This document shows positions 10,689 to 20,673 of a DNA stretch of 64,000 nucleotides, in pieces (position 1 is the stretch's first letter; each line of letters begins with the position of its first letter). The notes beneath the pieces are model-generated. The model ran no database searches and was not told where the DNA came from. It saw only the letters and a program-made list of their open reading frames with translations. The translations under genes were made by a program, and so were the position numbers. The DNA is from Gammaproteobacteria bacterium (lineage in GTDB: Bacteria; Pseudomonadota; Gammaproteobacteria; Eutrophobiales; Eutrophobiaceae). The DNA lies in contig OZ253445.1 in assembly GCA_965261165.1 (NCBI GenBank), forward strand, positions 295,617-359,616. Reading direction: 5' to 3'.

Positions 10689-11038
10689 TTTTGTTCCATC
10701 TCGTTGATTTCGTTTTCGTCAATACTGCCGTATGCTTGGTAGATACGTACGGTTAAGGCCAAACCAAGCGCGGTGGTGGCGATGCCGACGACAATGGCAG
10801 TCAGAATCAGGACATGGGGCAATGGGGCTGAATATTGAGTATAGGCTTCTGAATAGATAGGAGCTGTGCCGCCAGTGAGATAACCCATTGATATAAATAG
10901 AATAAATACAGAAACCTGGAAGATATTCAGACCGATGAGCTTCCTGACTAAATTGCTATTAGCGATAACGATATAAAACCCCATCATCATCAGGATAATA
11001 GCTATCCAGTAGTTATATAGACCTAAAAAACTTTCCAT
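10685..11038 (-). CDS. MrpC/MnhC (NuoK-like) subunit; start trimmed to the internal Met
   Basis: 117 aa from MESFLGLYNYW. 3 TM helices. MnhC-like blocks (LIGLNIFQVSVFILF, PLPHVLILTAIVVG). The ORF-track N-terminal extension is Cys-rich and non-membrane, so it was discarded. Confidence 0.75.
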   Translation of the reverse strand: MESFLGLYNYWIAIILMMMGFYIVIANSNLVRKLIGLNIFQVSVFILFISMGYLTGGTAPIYSEAYTQYSAPLPHVLILTAIVVGIATTALGLALTVRIYQAYGSIDENEINEMEQN

Positions 11039-11258
11039 CCGACAATCATATCCTAAGCAGTAATATTGCTTCATACCATTACAATACATCTTACAAAACA
11101 AGTGAAACCCCGCCATTGCGGGGTCTGAATCCTCGAAACAGATATGAAATCCATACATGCCTGATATCGTCTCAACGTGTATTATACCCAAAAAAAGAAG
11201 AATGACGTCAACACAGAAATACTTACACTAATTATCAAAATAATCATAGATCAGGCAA

Positions 11259-11729
11259 ATGAAGTCACGCTATTTAATCATCACATTATTTTTTCTCATG
11301 TTTTTGCTTCAGGCCAGTGCTTTTGCAGATGAAGGTATTCAAATTAAAAATGCATGGCTACGTGAAGCACCGCCTACCATAAAAATTATGGCGGGTTATC
11401 TGGAGATTGAAAATTCATCCGATAAGGCGCTTGTCCTAGTATCCGCAGAAAGTAATGAATTTGAACGCATTGAATTCCATCTAAGTCAAACAGAAAATAA
11501 TGTAGCAAGAATGCAGCAACAGCATAAAATTATGATTGCTGCAAATACAACCTTTGTATTTGAACCTAACAGCTATCACCTGATGTTATTTAATCATGTC
11601 GGTCCGATGCGGGAAGGCAAGCTCACTTCAATCAAATTAACATTTGAAGGTGGTGAGATGCATGTTTTTGATGCCGTAGTAAAACGATTTGATTCAACTG
11701 AAATCCACAACCATGAATATCATCATTAA
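11259..11729 (+). CDS. periplasmic copper chaperone PCu(A)C (DUF461-like)
   Basis: Signal peptide. H..M..HxM-type pattern (EFHLSQ, ARMQQ, YHLMLF). His-rich tail HNHEYHH. Confidence 0.7.
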   Translation: MKSRYLIITLFFLMFLLQASAFADEGIQIKNAWLREAPPTIKIMAGYLEIENSSDKALVLVSAESNEFERIEFHLSQTENNVARMQQQHKIMIAANTTFVFEPNSYHLMLFNHVGPMREGKLTSIKLTFEGGEMHVFDAVVKRFDSTEIHNHEYHH

Positions 11730-11749
11730 TTTTTAATTACCTATCCTTT

Positions 11750-12619
11750 ATGAACGATCCTATAGCAAGCTGGCTGTGCAGGCTAAGAGTTCTGCCGCAA
11801 TATTTTATTCCGCAACATTTCATTACCAGTCTGGTATATGAAATCACCCGCTGCGAAATACCATGGTTTAAAAATATATTAATCAAATTATTTATCAGTG
11901 TCTTCGATGTGGATATATCACTGGCAAACAATCCAGATCCTGAAAGCTATCCCAGTTTTAATACGTTCTTTACTAGAGAACTCTCAGCGAAAGCAAGGCC
12001 AATAATATTAGATGAGAGGAAAATCCTTTGTCCAGTAGATGGCGCCGTCAGCCAAATCGGCAATATTCAGAATGGCACTATTATTCAGGCAAAGGGTAAG
12101 TCCTATACTCTGAAAAATTTATTGATAGAAAATAATCTTGTGACCGCATTTTCAGGCGGCACATTCGCCACACTGTATCTTTCGCCAAAAGATTATCATC
12201 GTATTCATATGCCATTATCAGGCGAGCTTAGCCGCATGATCTATGTGCCCGGTAAACTTTTTTCTGTAAATTCGCATACTGTTCGTGTGGTTAATAGTGT
12301 CTTCGCAAGAAATGAACGTGTGATTAATATTTTTAATACAGGCATCGGCTCCATGGCGATGGTCATGGTCGGCGCACTTAATGTTGGCAGTATAGAGACG
12401 GTTTGGGCAGGTCAAATTACACCAGCAAAAGACAGAGTTATTAGTGACACACAATATTCAGATAATGAGTTTCTATTAGAACAGGGTCAGGAGATGGGTC
12501 GATTTAATATGGGATCTACTGTGATATTGCTGTTTCCGCAAGATATTATGGAGTGGTCTGATGAGATAGCGGCTGATAGAGGGATAGTTATGGGCAAGGA
12601 AATTGGCTTCGTTAAATAA
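11750..12619 (+). CDS. psd: phosphatidylserine decarboxylase proenzyme
   Basis: 289 aa. Self-cleavage G-S-T motif (FNMGSTVILLF) near the C-terminus. DYHRIHMP block. Confidence 0.9.
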   Translation: MNDPIASWLCRLRVLPQYFIPQHFITSLVYEITRCEIPWFKNILIKLFISVFDVDISLANNPDPESYPSFNTFFTRELSAKARPIILDERKILCPVDGAVSQIGNIQNGTIIQAKGKSYTLKNLLIENNLVTAFSGGTFATLYLSPKDYHRIHMPLSGELSRMIYVPGKLFSVNSHTVRVVNSVFARNERVINIFNTGIGSMAMVMVGALNVGSIETVWAGQITPAKDRVISDTQYSDNEFLLEQGQEMGRFNMGSTVILLFPQDIMEWSDEIAADRGIVMGKEIGFVK

Positions 12620-12776
12620 CTAATTCCGCCTGTTAACGTGTATCTTTTCTTTGAGTGATAAAAAAAGACCACGCCAATAAAATATCTGATAACACGATTT
12701 ATGAATAGCTATTATAGTGGTTTACTGATTTGAGCTTTATCCCTGAGTAATTCAAATTTGAGTATTACTACATTTA

Positions 12777-13109
12777 TTACTTTACCTGTCGTCTTTTCCA
12801 TCGTTGGTAATAGCTCAGGAAATCATGTCGATAGATAAAGCCGGGCAAGGCAAAGACTATAAATAAGCAAAAACCTATGACATAGAATTCCCATTCCTGA
12901 GCATGTAACTGCCCTGTCATTTTTTTCTCAAATCCTAATGCGGTCACACCGATGATAAAATACAGTAGTAACCATTCAAACAATCGCATCCATGGGGTTT
13001 TGTTGGGTTTGGGTTCTATGACGAACAGAAAACGCTCATTAAGCCAGGGAAGATTGGCAGCAAAAAAAGATATTAATAATAATAACCAAACTGCTGTGCT
13101 TGCACTCAT
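12777..13109 (-). CDS. small membrane protein (DUF2818-like) coupled to nuoN
   Basis: 110 aa, 3-4 TM helices. Start ATG overlaps the nuoN TAA stop (TAATG). Confidence 0.6.
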   Translation of the reverse strand: MSASTAVWLLLLISFFAANLPWLNERFLFVIEPKPNKTPWMRLFEWLLLYFIIGVTALGFEKKMTGQLHAQEWEFYVIGFCLFIVFALPGFIYRHDFLSYYQRWKRRQVK

Positions 13110-14548
13110 TAAGTTGCTGTTAACATTACGCTAACACAAATAGACAATAGCGTGCTAGGCATTAGACCCAGAATGAATAATGCCAAACCATTAATACTGA
13201 GAGCAAAGCGCATTTGTCTTGATGCCTTGATTGCGGTCATTGAATTGGCTTTATCGAAATACATGAGCTTGATTACACGCAAATAGTAATAGGCGCCGAT
13301 AATGGAGAAGAACACCGCTGTTGCCGCTAACCAGACAAAACCGGCATCGACTAACTCTTTCAGTACGAACCATTTACCCCAGAAACCAAGGAATGGAGGT
13401 ACACCGGCCATGGAAAACATCAGGATCATCATGATAAATGCGAACCATGGACTTCTTTCAAATAGACCTTTGAAATGCTCCAGCTCATCGGCTTCAAAGT
13501 CTTTTCTTCCTAGCAGGATAACTATGCCGAATGCACCCAAACTCATCATTGCATAGCTAATGATATAAAACATCGACCCGGCATAACCCGAAGCTGTGCC
13601 GCTCAAGATACCCAATAGGAAATAACCAATATGTGCAATGGTCGAGTAGGCCAGCATGCGCTTGATATTGACCTGGGAAATGGCAACGATATTACCTATG
13701 GCCATAGACAGAATAGACAGGATGATCAACATGCCCTGCCAGTCGCTCAACAAAGGATGTAGACCATTGACCAACAAGCGTATGGCCATGGCAAAGGCGG
13801 CTAGTTTTGGTGCGCTGGCAATAAACAATGTTACGCAGGTTGGCGAACCTTGATAAACATCTGGCACCCACATGTGAAACGGTACGGCACCCAGTTTGAA
13901 GGCAATACCCACCAGAATAAACACCAGCCCAAAGACCAGTAATATATTATCTGCATCACTCTCAATATTTGTTGCTATCGCTGCTAACTCAAGACTGCCA
14001 GTGACACCGTAGATCATGGACATTCCATACAACAACATGCCTGAAGCCAATGCGCCCAGAACAAAATATTTCATGGCTGCTTCTGAGGCAGCAGTCGATT
14101 TTTTATGCATGGCGACCATGGCGTAAAGGGATAAGGACAATAATTCCAGACCAAGGTATACCGTTAACAGGCTATATGCCGAGATCAATATCATCATGCC
14201 CAGAATAGAAAATAGGCCGAGGATAAAATATTCCCCGGACATCCAACCATGTTCTTTTAAATATTCATGGGAATAAAGAAATGCAAAGATGCCAATAATA
14301 AAAATAGCGATCTTCAACACTACACTCATACCATCGTTGATAAAACTGTTGCCAAAGGCATAGACTGTCTGCTCTGAACAGAGCGCAACTACCAACAGCG
14401 CTGCCAGAAAAAGCGTTAGCTGCGAAAGGTAATAAGTGAGTTTACGTTGCGGATCATTACTGAAAGTATCAAGCACTAGGATAATGCTCGCCGAAGTCAG
14501 CATGAATATTTCAGGGGTCAGCGCCAATATGTCTGCTCTGGATATCAT
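13109..14548 (-). CDS. nuoN: NADH-quinone oxidoreductase subunit N
   Basis: 479 aa antiporter-like subunit, last in the nuo gene order. Confidence 0.9.
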   Translation of the reverse strand: MISRADILALTPEIFMLTSASIILVLDTFSNDPQRKLTYYLSQLTLFLAALLVVALCSEQTVYAFGNSFINDGMSVVLKIAIFIIGIFAFLYSHEYLKEHGWMSGEYFILGLFSILGMMILISAYSLLTVYLGLELLSLSLYAMVAMHKKSTAASEAAMKYFVLGALASGMLLYGMSMIYGVTGSLELAAIATNIESDADNILLVFGLVFILVGIAFKLGAVPFHMWVPDVYQGSPTCVTLFIASAPKLAAFAMAIRLLVNGLHPLLSDWQGMLIILSILSMAIGNIVAISQVNIKRMLAYSTIAHIGYFLLGILSGTASGYAGSMFYIISYAMMSLGAFGIVILLGRKDFEADELEHFKGLFERSPWFAFIMMILMFSMAGVPPFLGFWGKWFVLKELVDAGFVWLAATAVFFSIIGAYYYLRVIKLMYFDKANSMTAIKASRQMRFALSINGLALFILGLMPSTLLSICVSVMLTAT

Positions 14549-14549
14549 C

Positions 14550-16070
14550 TTATTGACCTACCTTGGTTTGTAACATATGTTCGAATAAATGTCCCAGTGT
14601 CGGATGTATGGCATCAAACAATGGTGCTGGGTAAATACCAAATAACAAAACAGCGATGGCCAGTACTGACAGAATGAGTGTCTCGCGCGAATTAATATCT
14701 TTTAGATGCTTAACATTATCATTGGCCACATCGCCAAAGACCACCCTTTTATACATCCATAATGTATAGGCAGCGCCAATGATTAAAGTAGTTGCTGCCA
14801 GAAATGCAATCCAGAAACTAGCCTGATATGCACTAAGGATAACCACGAACTCACCAACAAAGCCTGAAGTGCCTGGCAATCCTACATTGCCCATGGCAAA
14901 TAACATCATAAAAGCAGCAAAATGCGGCATGGTATTGACCACACCACCGTAATCCTTAATCTCTCGACTATGTACTCGGTCATACATGACTCCAACACAG
15001 AGAAATAATGCGCCAGAGATAAAGCCATGAGAGATCATTTGCACCATGGCACCTTCAAGCGCGAACACTGCGCCTGTAGATGAACCAGTTGCGGCATAAA
15101 TGCTAAAACCGACAAAGAAACCTAATGTTACAAAACCCATATGTGAAATAGATGAGTAGGCTATCAGCTTTTTCATATCCCGCTGTGCCAGAGCAACAAA
15201 TCCAATATAAACAATGGCAATGAGTGACAAGACGATCATCATGTCGGCAAAATACATACTGGCATCAGGCGTGATCGGCATACTGAAACGAAGAAAACCA
15301 TAACCACCCAATTTCAACATAATAGCAGCCAATATCACTGAGCCACCTGTCGGCGCTTCAACGTGCGCATCCGGCAACCACGTGTGTACTGGCCACATAG
15401 GGACCTTCACGGCGAAGGCGAGAAGGAAGGCGATAAAGACTAACTTTTGCGCATCAGCATCCAGTGACAAAAGATGTAATTCACTGATATTAAAAGTGCC
15501 TGACTGTGAATATAGGTACAAAAAGGCAACCAACATGAAGACTGAGCCTAAAAAAGTATATAGAAAAAATTTAATGGTGGCATAAACACGCCTTGGCCCA
15601 CCCCAGATACCTATAATCAGAAACATGGGTATCAGCATGGCTTCCCAAAAGACATAGAACAACATGGCATCTATAGAAGAGAAGACACCGTTCATCAGTC
15701 CTTCCATGATCAAAAATACCGCCAGATATTGAGAAATCCTTTCTTCTATGACTTCCCATGCAGCAAGGATAACCAATACCGTGATAAAGGTGGTAAGTAT
15801 AATCAATGGCATGGCGATGCCATCAACACCCAGATGATAATTAATATTGAATGTTTCTATCCAGTAGGTAAATTCCACAAACTGCATTTCGTGGGTAGTG
15901 ATATCGAAATTTTTATAAAGTAAGGCAGATAATAGAAATGTCGTCACAGAGATTACCAACGCCAATATTTTGACAGTCTCTTCCTGTCGATCACCCGCAT
16001 ACAGTACCCATAAGCCACCAAGAATCGGGCACCAGATCAACAAACTCAAAATTGGTAATTCAGCAAACAT
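14550..16070 (-). CDS. nuoM: NADH-quinone oxidoreductase subunit M
   Basis: 506 aa antiporter-like subunit (VFWEAMLIPMF, KVPMWPVHTWLPDAH). Gene order. Confidence 0.92.
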   Translation of the reverse strand: MFAELPILSLLIWCPILGGLWVLYAGDRQEETVKILALVISVTTFLLSALLYKNFDITTHEMQFVEFTYWIETFNINYHLGVDGIAMPLIILTTFITVLVILAAWEVIEERISQYLAVFLIMEGLMNGVFSSIDAMLFYVFWEAMLIPMFLIIGIWGGPRRVYATIKFFLYTFLGSVFMLVAFLYLYSQSGTFNISELHLLSLDADAQKLVFIAFLLAFAVKVPMWPVHTWLPDAHVEAPTGGSVILAAIMLKLGGYGFLRFSMPITPDASMYFADMMIVLSLIAIVYIGFVALAQRDMKKLIAYSSISHMGFVTLGFFVGFSIYAATGSSTGAVFALEGAMVQMISHGFISGALFLCVGVMYDRVHSREIKDYGGVVNTMPHFAAFMMLFAMGNVGLPGTSGFVGEFVVILSAYQASFWIAFLAATTLIIGAAYTLWMYKRVVFGDVANDNVKHLKDINSRETLILSVLAIAVLLFGIYPAPLFDAIHPTLGHLFEHMLQTKVGQ

Positions 16071-16097
16071 TCTTTTACTTAATATTGGTTTTTATAA

Positions 16098-18095
16098 TTA
16101 GATTAATTGATGCACAAACACTGCAAGTAAAAGTAACAAGCCAAGGATCATCGCAAAAGCATAGTGATATAAATAACCTGATTGTATTTGCCTAAGCACA
16201 CCAGAGATCCGTCGGACAAAGAGTGCAGAACCATTGACGATTAAACCATCAATAATTTTGACATCACCGATCTGCCAAAGCAGTCGCCCTACTTCTACAG
16301 AACCTCCAGCGAAATATTTCTGGTTAAAGGCATCGAAACCATATTTGTTTTCGAGTAAACGGTGAATCAGTCTCAGATTATTTGCGATCTTCTCAGGGAC
16401 ATCTGGAAATTTGATATACAATAACCAGGCCGTAAACACGCCAGACAATGCCAACAATACGACAACTGGATTTTTAAATACCCCATGGACGAAGAACTGC
16501 CAGGCAATTTCATACCATTCACCGCGGTAATGACGGCCTATTTCAAGCAATACATCATGACCCTCTGCTACCAGTATTGTTGAACCGAAGTAATCACCAA
16601 AAAGTACAGGGCCAACCAGACACGCACCCAGAATTAAAGATGGAATCGCTAGGACTGCCAAGGGAAATGTCACCACCCATGAATTCTCTTTCAGGTGCTT
16701 CCATATATGTTTCTCCATCTTTTCCTTGCCATGAAAAGTCATAAAAAAAAGACGGAAACTATACAAGGCGGTGATAAAAACACCTGATAAAACAGCGTAA
16801 TAGGCGTAACCAGCAGCAGGCAATGCGGAGAGATGTACCGCTTCAATAATGGCATCCTTGGAAAAGAAACCTGATGTTCCAGGGAAACCAATCAAGGCAA
16901 CTGAACCCACTAGACAGGTAATCCAGGTAATGGGCAAATATTTATACAGACCGCCCATCTTGCGCATGTCTTGTTCATGATGCATAGCGATAATGACAGA
17001 ACCAGCAGCCAAGAATAACAAGGCTTTAAAGAAGGCATGTGTTATTAGATGGAACATGCCCGCAGCATAGGCAGAAGCGCCCAAAGCCACAGTCATGTAA
17101 CCCAGTTGCGACAAGGTCGAATAAGCAACAACACGTTTAATGTCATTTTGCACCAGACCCAGCAGCCCCATAAAGAATGCGGTAGTTGCGCCAATGATCA
17201 AGATGAAATTCAAGGCTGTTGCAGATAATTCAAAGAGCGGTGACATGCGAGACACCATAAAGATACCTGCAGTGACCATGGTCGCAGCATGAATCAGTGC
17301 CGATATAGGTGTTGGGCCTTCCATGGAATCTGGCAACCATACATGCAAGGGAACCTGGGCTGATTTGCCCATGGCGCCAATAAAAAGACAGATACAAATC
17401 ACAGACATCAGTGACCATGACTCATTACCCCAGATATTCACTGTTGCGTTAGCCAAAACCGGCGCTTGTTTAAATACTTCAATATAATCCATAGAATTGA
17501 AATGCATGAGTACTGCGGCAATCCCCAATAAAAACCCAAAATCACCGATCCGGTTCACCAAAAATGCCTTCATATTAGCGAAGATTGCTGTTTCACGTGT
17601 GTGCCAAAAACCTATCAATAGATAGGAGACCAGGCCCACCGCTTCCCAACCAAAAAATAATTGCATGAAATTATTCGACATCACCAACATCAACATGGAG
17701 AAGGTAAACAGGGAGATATAACTAAAGAAGCGTTGATAACCTGGATCACCTTGCATATAACCGATGGTATAGATATGAATCATCCAGGAAACGAATGTCA
17801 CCACCACCATCATGGTGACAGAAAGTTGATCGATCAGAAAACCGATCTCGAAATGCAGCTTACCACTGTTTAACCAAGTATAGACCGTTGCGTTATAGAC
17901 TTCACCTCCATTATAAAACAAATGGTAATAGGCGACTAAAGAAAGAATAGATGAAATTCCCAGACCAAAAATGGTGCATCTGTGTGCGCCATTAGGCCCA
18001 ATTAACTTGCCAAAGAATCCCGCAATAATTGATCCAATCAAAGGTGCCAGAACAATAGTTAGATAAATTTTTTCCATGTTTTCAAATAAATTCAT
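16098..18095 (-). CDS. nuoL: NADH-quinone oxidoreductase subunit L
   Basis: 665 aa, long C-terminal extension typical of NuoL. GKSAQVPLHVWLPDSMEGPTP. Confidence 0.92.
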   Translation of the reverse strand: MNLFENMEKIYLTIVLAPLIGSIIAGFFGKLIGPNGAHRCTIFGLGISSILSLVAYYHLFYNGGEVYNATVYTWLNSGKLHFEIGFLIDQLSVTMMVVVTFVSWMIHIYTIGYMQGDPGYQRFFSYISLFTFSMLMLVMSNNFMQLFFGWEAVGLVSYLLIGFWHTRETAIFANMKAFLVNRIGDFGFLLGIAAVLMHFNSMDYIEVFKQAPVLANATVNIWGNESWSLMSVICICLFIGAMGKSAQVPLHVWLPDSMEGPTPISALIHAATMVTAGIFMVSRMSPLFELSATALNFILIIGATTAFFMGLLGLVQNDIKRVVAYSTLSQLGYMTVALGASAYAAGMFHLITHAFFKALLFLAAGSVIIAMHHEQDMRKMGGLYKYLPITWITCLVGSVALIGFPGTSGFFSKDAIIEAVHLSALPAAGYAYYAVLSGVFITALYSFRLFFMTFHGKEKMEKHIWKHLKENSWVVTFPLAVLAIPSLILGACLVGPVLFGDYFGSTILVAEGHDVLLEIGRHYRGEWYEIAWQFFVHGVFKNPVVVLLALSGVFTAWLLYIKFPDVPEKIANNLRLIHRLLENKYGFDAFNQKYFAGGSVEVGRLLWQIGDVKIIDGLIVNGSALFVRRISGVLRQIQSGYLYHYAFAMILGLLLLLAVFVHQLI

Positions 18096-18103
18096 GTTTT
18101 TAT

Positions 18104-18409
18104 TTAACCTTCCATGCTCTTTAGATCATTAACATTGATCGTGCCCCTGTTGCGGAATAGGACAACAAGGATCGCCAAACCAATCGCAGACTCGGCAGCG
18201 GCAACGGTTAAGATAAAAAAGACAAACACTTGTCCGTTGATATCATCAAGGAAATGTGAAAAAGCAATGAAATTTATATTGACTGATAACAACATCAATT
18301 CAATACACATCAGCAAGATTAGAATATTTTTTCTATTGATAAATATGCCAGCAACGCTGATACAAAAAAGCAATGCTGCCAGAACCAGAACATTGGACAA
18401 GGTAATCAT
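18104..18409 (-). CDS. nuoK: NADH-quinone oxidoreductase subunit K
   Basis: 101 aa, 3 TM helices. [10 protein letters not shown] motif. Overlaps nuoJ by 4 nt. Confidence 0.92.
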   Translation of the reverse strand: MITLSNVLVLAALLFCISVAGIFINRKNILILLMCIELMLLSVNINFIAFSHFLDDINGQVFVFFILTVAAAESAIGLAILVVLFRNRGTINVNDLKSMEG

Positions 18410-19056
18410 TCTAGTTCTTTTCTCATTGTCATATCCTCTGAACCTTCTATACCTTCATCTGTTTCCTTCTCACTCTTCATTTTTACAATACGTAATCTAT
18501 CCGCACTCTTGACTGCAATTTGATTACTGGGTCTTTGTATTTTAGTAGAGCGTGGTTTACGCATTGTTAATGATATCGCAGCAATAATCGCAACCAGTAA
18601 AATGGCGCCAGCAATCTCAAACGGATATAAATAATTCGTATATAACGCCACGCCAAGTTCGGTGGTGTTACTGTAATCTGCACCATGCCGTTGGACAGAA
18701 TCACCTATCAGACCAAAGTCACCAGCATTAATCACAAGCCCCATGGATAGGGCCATCAAAATGGCTACAACCCCGCCGATGGGTAAATATTTTGCAAAAC
18801 CTTCCCTCATGGCAGATAGATTAATGTCTAGCATCATCACCACAAACATAAACAGAACCATGACCGCACCGACATATACCACAATCAGAGTAATGGCGAG
18901 GAATTCTGCTTCAAGCAATAACCAGATTGCCGACGTTGAGAAAAACGTAAGGATCAAAAATAATGCTGCAAAAACAGGGTTACGCACAGTGGCCATTAGC
19001 CCGGCAGACATGAGCAATAACGCAGAAAAAACATAAAAAATTATTTGTTCAATCAT
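18406..19056 (-). CDS. nuoJ: NADH-quinone oxidoreductase subunit J
   Basis: 216 aa membrane protein with a charged C-terminal tail. Gene order. Confidence 0.9.
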   Translation of the reverse strand: MIEQIIFYVFSALLLMSAGLMATVRNPVFAALFLILTFFSTSAIWLLLEAEFLAITLIVVYVGAVMVLFMFVVMMLDINLSAMREGFAKYLPIGGVVAILMALSMGLVINAGDFGLIGDSVQRHGADYSNTTELGVALYTNYLYPFEIAGAILLVAIIAAISLTMRKPRSTKIQRPSNQIAVKSADRLRIVKMKSEKETDEGIEGSEDMTMRKELE

Positions 19057-19547
19057 CTATAAGGCGCTTCCTCTGCACGATCTTTTGCAATCTGTCCTTC
19101 TGCCTGATCTCCTACTTCAAGCAACATTTCTTTGGTCATGATCAAATCACTGCGTTGCTCGCCGTGATATTCAAAGATACGGGTTTCGACAATGGAATCT
19201 ACTGGGCAGGATTCTTCGCAGAAACCACAGTAAATACATTTGGATAGATCGATATCATAACGCGTGGTTCGACGACTTCCATCTTCACGCTCTTCAGACT
19301 CAATCGTAATCGCGCATGCAGGACACACTGCTTCACATAATTTACAGGCAATACATCTTTCTTCGCCGTTTGCATAACGACGCAGTGCATGTAGACCGCG
19401 GAAACGTTGTGATTGTGGTGTTTTTTCTTCCGGATATTGCACGGTTATCTTATTTTTGAACAAATAACGTCCAGTCAATCGCAAGCCCTTGATCAACTCA
19501 ATAAGAAATAAACTTTTTATATATCGTCCTATTTTTTTAATCATCAT
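19053..19547 (-). CDS. nuoI: NADH-quinone oxidoreductase subunit I
   Basis: Two 4Fe-4S motifs: [12 protein letters not shown] and [12 protein letters not shown]. Confidence 0.95.
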   Translation of the reverse strand: MMIKKIGRYIKSLFLIELIKGLRLTGRYLFKNKITVQYPEEKTPQSQRFRGLHALRRYANGEERCIACKLCEAVCPACAITIESEEREDGSRRTTRYDIDLSKCIYCGFCEESCPVDSIVETRIFEYHGEQRSDLIMTKEMLLEVGDQAEGQIAKDRAEEAPYR

Positions 19548-19552
19548 AGCAC

Positions 19553-20671
19553 CTAATTAAACCACCATGGCATATCTGTCACTACCATCACTGCAACGAC
19601 GATTAACCAAACGATGGTGATTGGTATAAATATTTTCCAGCCCAAACGCATGATCTGGTCATAACGATAACGTGGGAACGTCGCACGTAACCATAAAAAC
19701 ATAAATAGAAAGAATGAAGTCTTGCCTAGTAACCAGAAGATACTTGATGAAGTTAATACCGGCCCAAGAATCGGTATGGCACCCAATAACGGCACACCCT
19801 GAAAAGGTGATAACCATCCACCAAAAAACATCACGGAGGTCAGGATCGCAATAATAATCATGTTGGCATATTCAGCCATAAAGAAAACTGAGAAGGCCAT
19901 GCCGCTATATTCCACATGGAAACCAGCAACGATTTCAGATTCACCTTCAGCAACGTCGAACGGTGCGCGATTGGTCTCTGCCACGCCAGAGATAAAATAA
20001 ATTACGGCCAATGGTAATAGAGGAAACCAAAACCAGTGGACAATACTGCCATTCTGCGCATCAACAATATCACCGAGATTCAGACTGCCCGCCGCAACCA
20101 ACACACCAACCAAGGCAAAACCCATGGCAATTTCATAAGATATGATCTGCGCAACAGAACGCATAGCCCCCAAGAAAGCATACTTCGAGTTGGATGCCCA
20201 ACCAGCAACAATCACACCATAGACAGCCAACGATGTCAGTGCCAAAACATAGAGTAAACCGGCATTAATATCCGCCAATACCAAAGTATCTCCAAAAGGG
20301 ATCACTGCCCATGCAGCAATTGAGGGGGCGAATGACAAGATCGGAGCAATGATAAATAGACATTTGTTCGATCCTGATGGAACGATAATCTCCTTAAAGA
20401 TTAATTTAAAGGCATCGGCAATCGGTTGGCCAAGCCCCCAAGAGGAGAAACCAAAGAAACCTACTCGATTAGGCCCAATACGCCCCTGAATATATCCAAT
20501 CACCTTGCGCTCTGCATAGGTTAAATAAGCCACTGTGAACAGCACTGGCACAAGGACTGCAACTATCTTCAGAACAGTTTCAATGGTCAATATTGCATAG
20601 ACATGTATCGCAACTGGGAATAATTGTTCTGCCAATGGCGTAATCAGGCTTGATCGGATCCACTCCATCAT
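19553..20671 (-). CDS. nuoH: NADH-quinone oxidoreductase subunit H; start trimmed to the Met right after the nuoG stop
   Basis: [19 protein letters not shown] signature, 8 TM-type profile. The ORF-track start would overlap nuoG by 34 nt. Confidence 0.92.
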   Translation of the reverse strand: MMEWIRSSLITPLAEQLFPVAIHVYAILTIETVLKIVAVLVPVLFTVAYLTYAERKVIGYIQGRIGPNRVGFFGFSSWGLGQPIADAFKLIFKEIIVPSGSNKCLFIIAPILSFAPSIAAWAVIPFGDTLVLADINAGLLYVLALTSLAVYGVIVAGWASNSKYAFLGAMRSVAQIISYEIAMGFALVGVLVAAGSLNLGDIVDAQNGSIVHWFWFPLLPLAVIYFISGVAETNRAPFDVAEGESEIVAGFHVEYSGMAFSVFFMAEYANMIIIAILTSVMFFGGWLSPFQGVPLLGAIPILGPVLTSSSIFWLLGKTSFFLFMFLWLRATFPRYRYDQIMRLGWKIFIPITIVWLIVVAVMVVTDMPWWFN

Positions 20672-20673
20672 AC

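Noticed and set aside
10685-11191. ORF-track N-terminal extensions. Cases: MrpC-like 168 aa; nuoH from 20707; secG from 29391; cas1 from 38259; cas3 from 44613; TonB receptor from 57643.
   Set aside because: The extensions overlap upstream genes or add non-homologous residues ahead of canonical N-termini. The starts were trimmed to internal Met codons.
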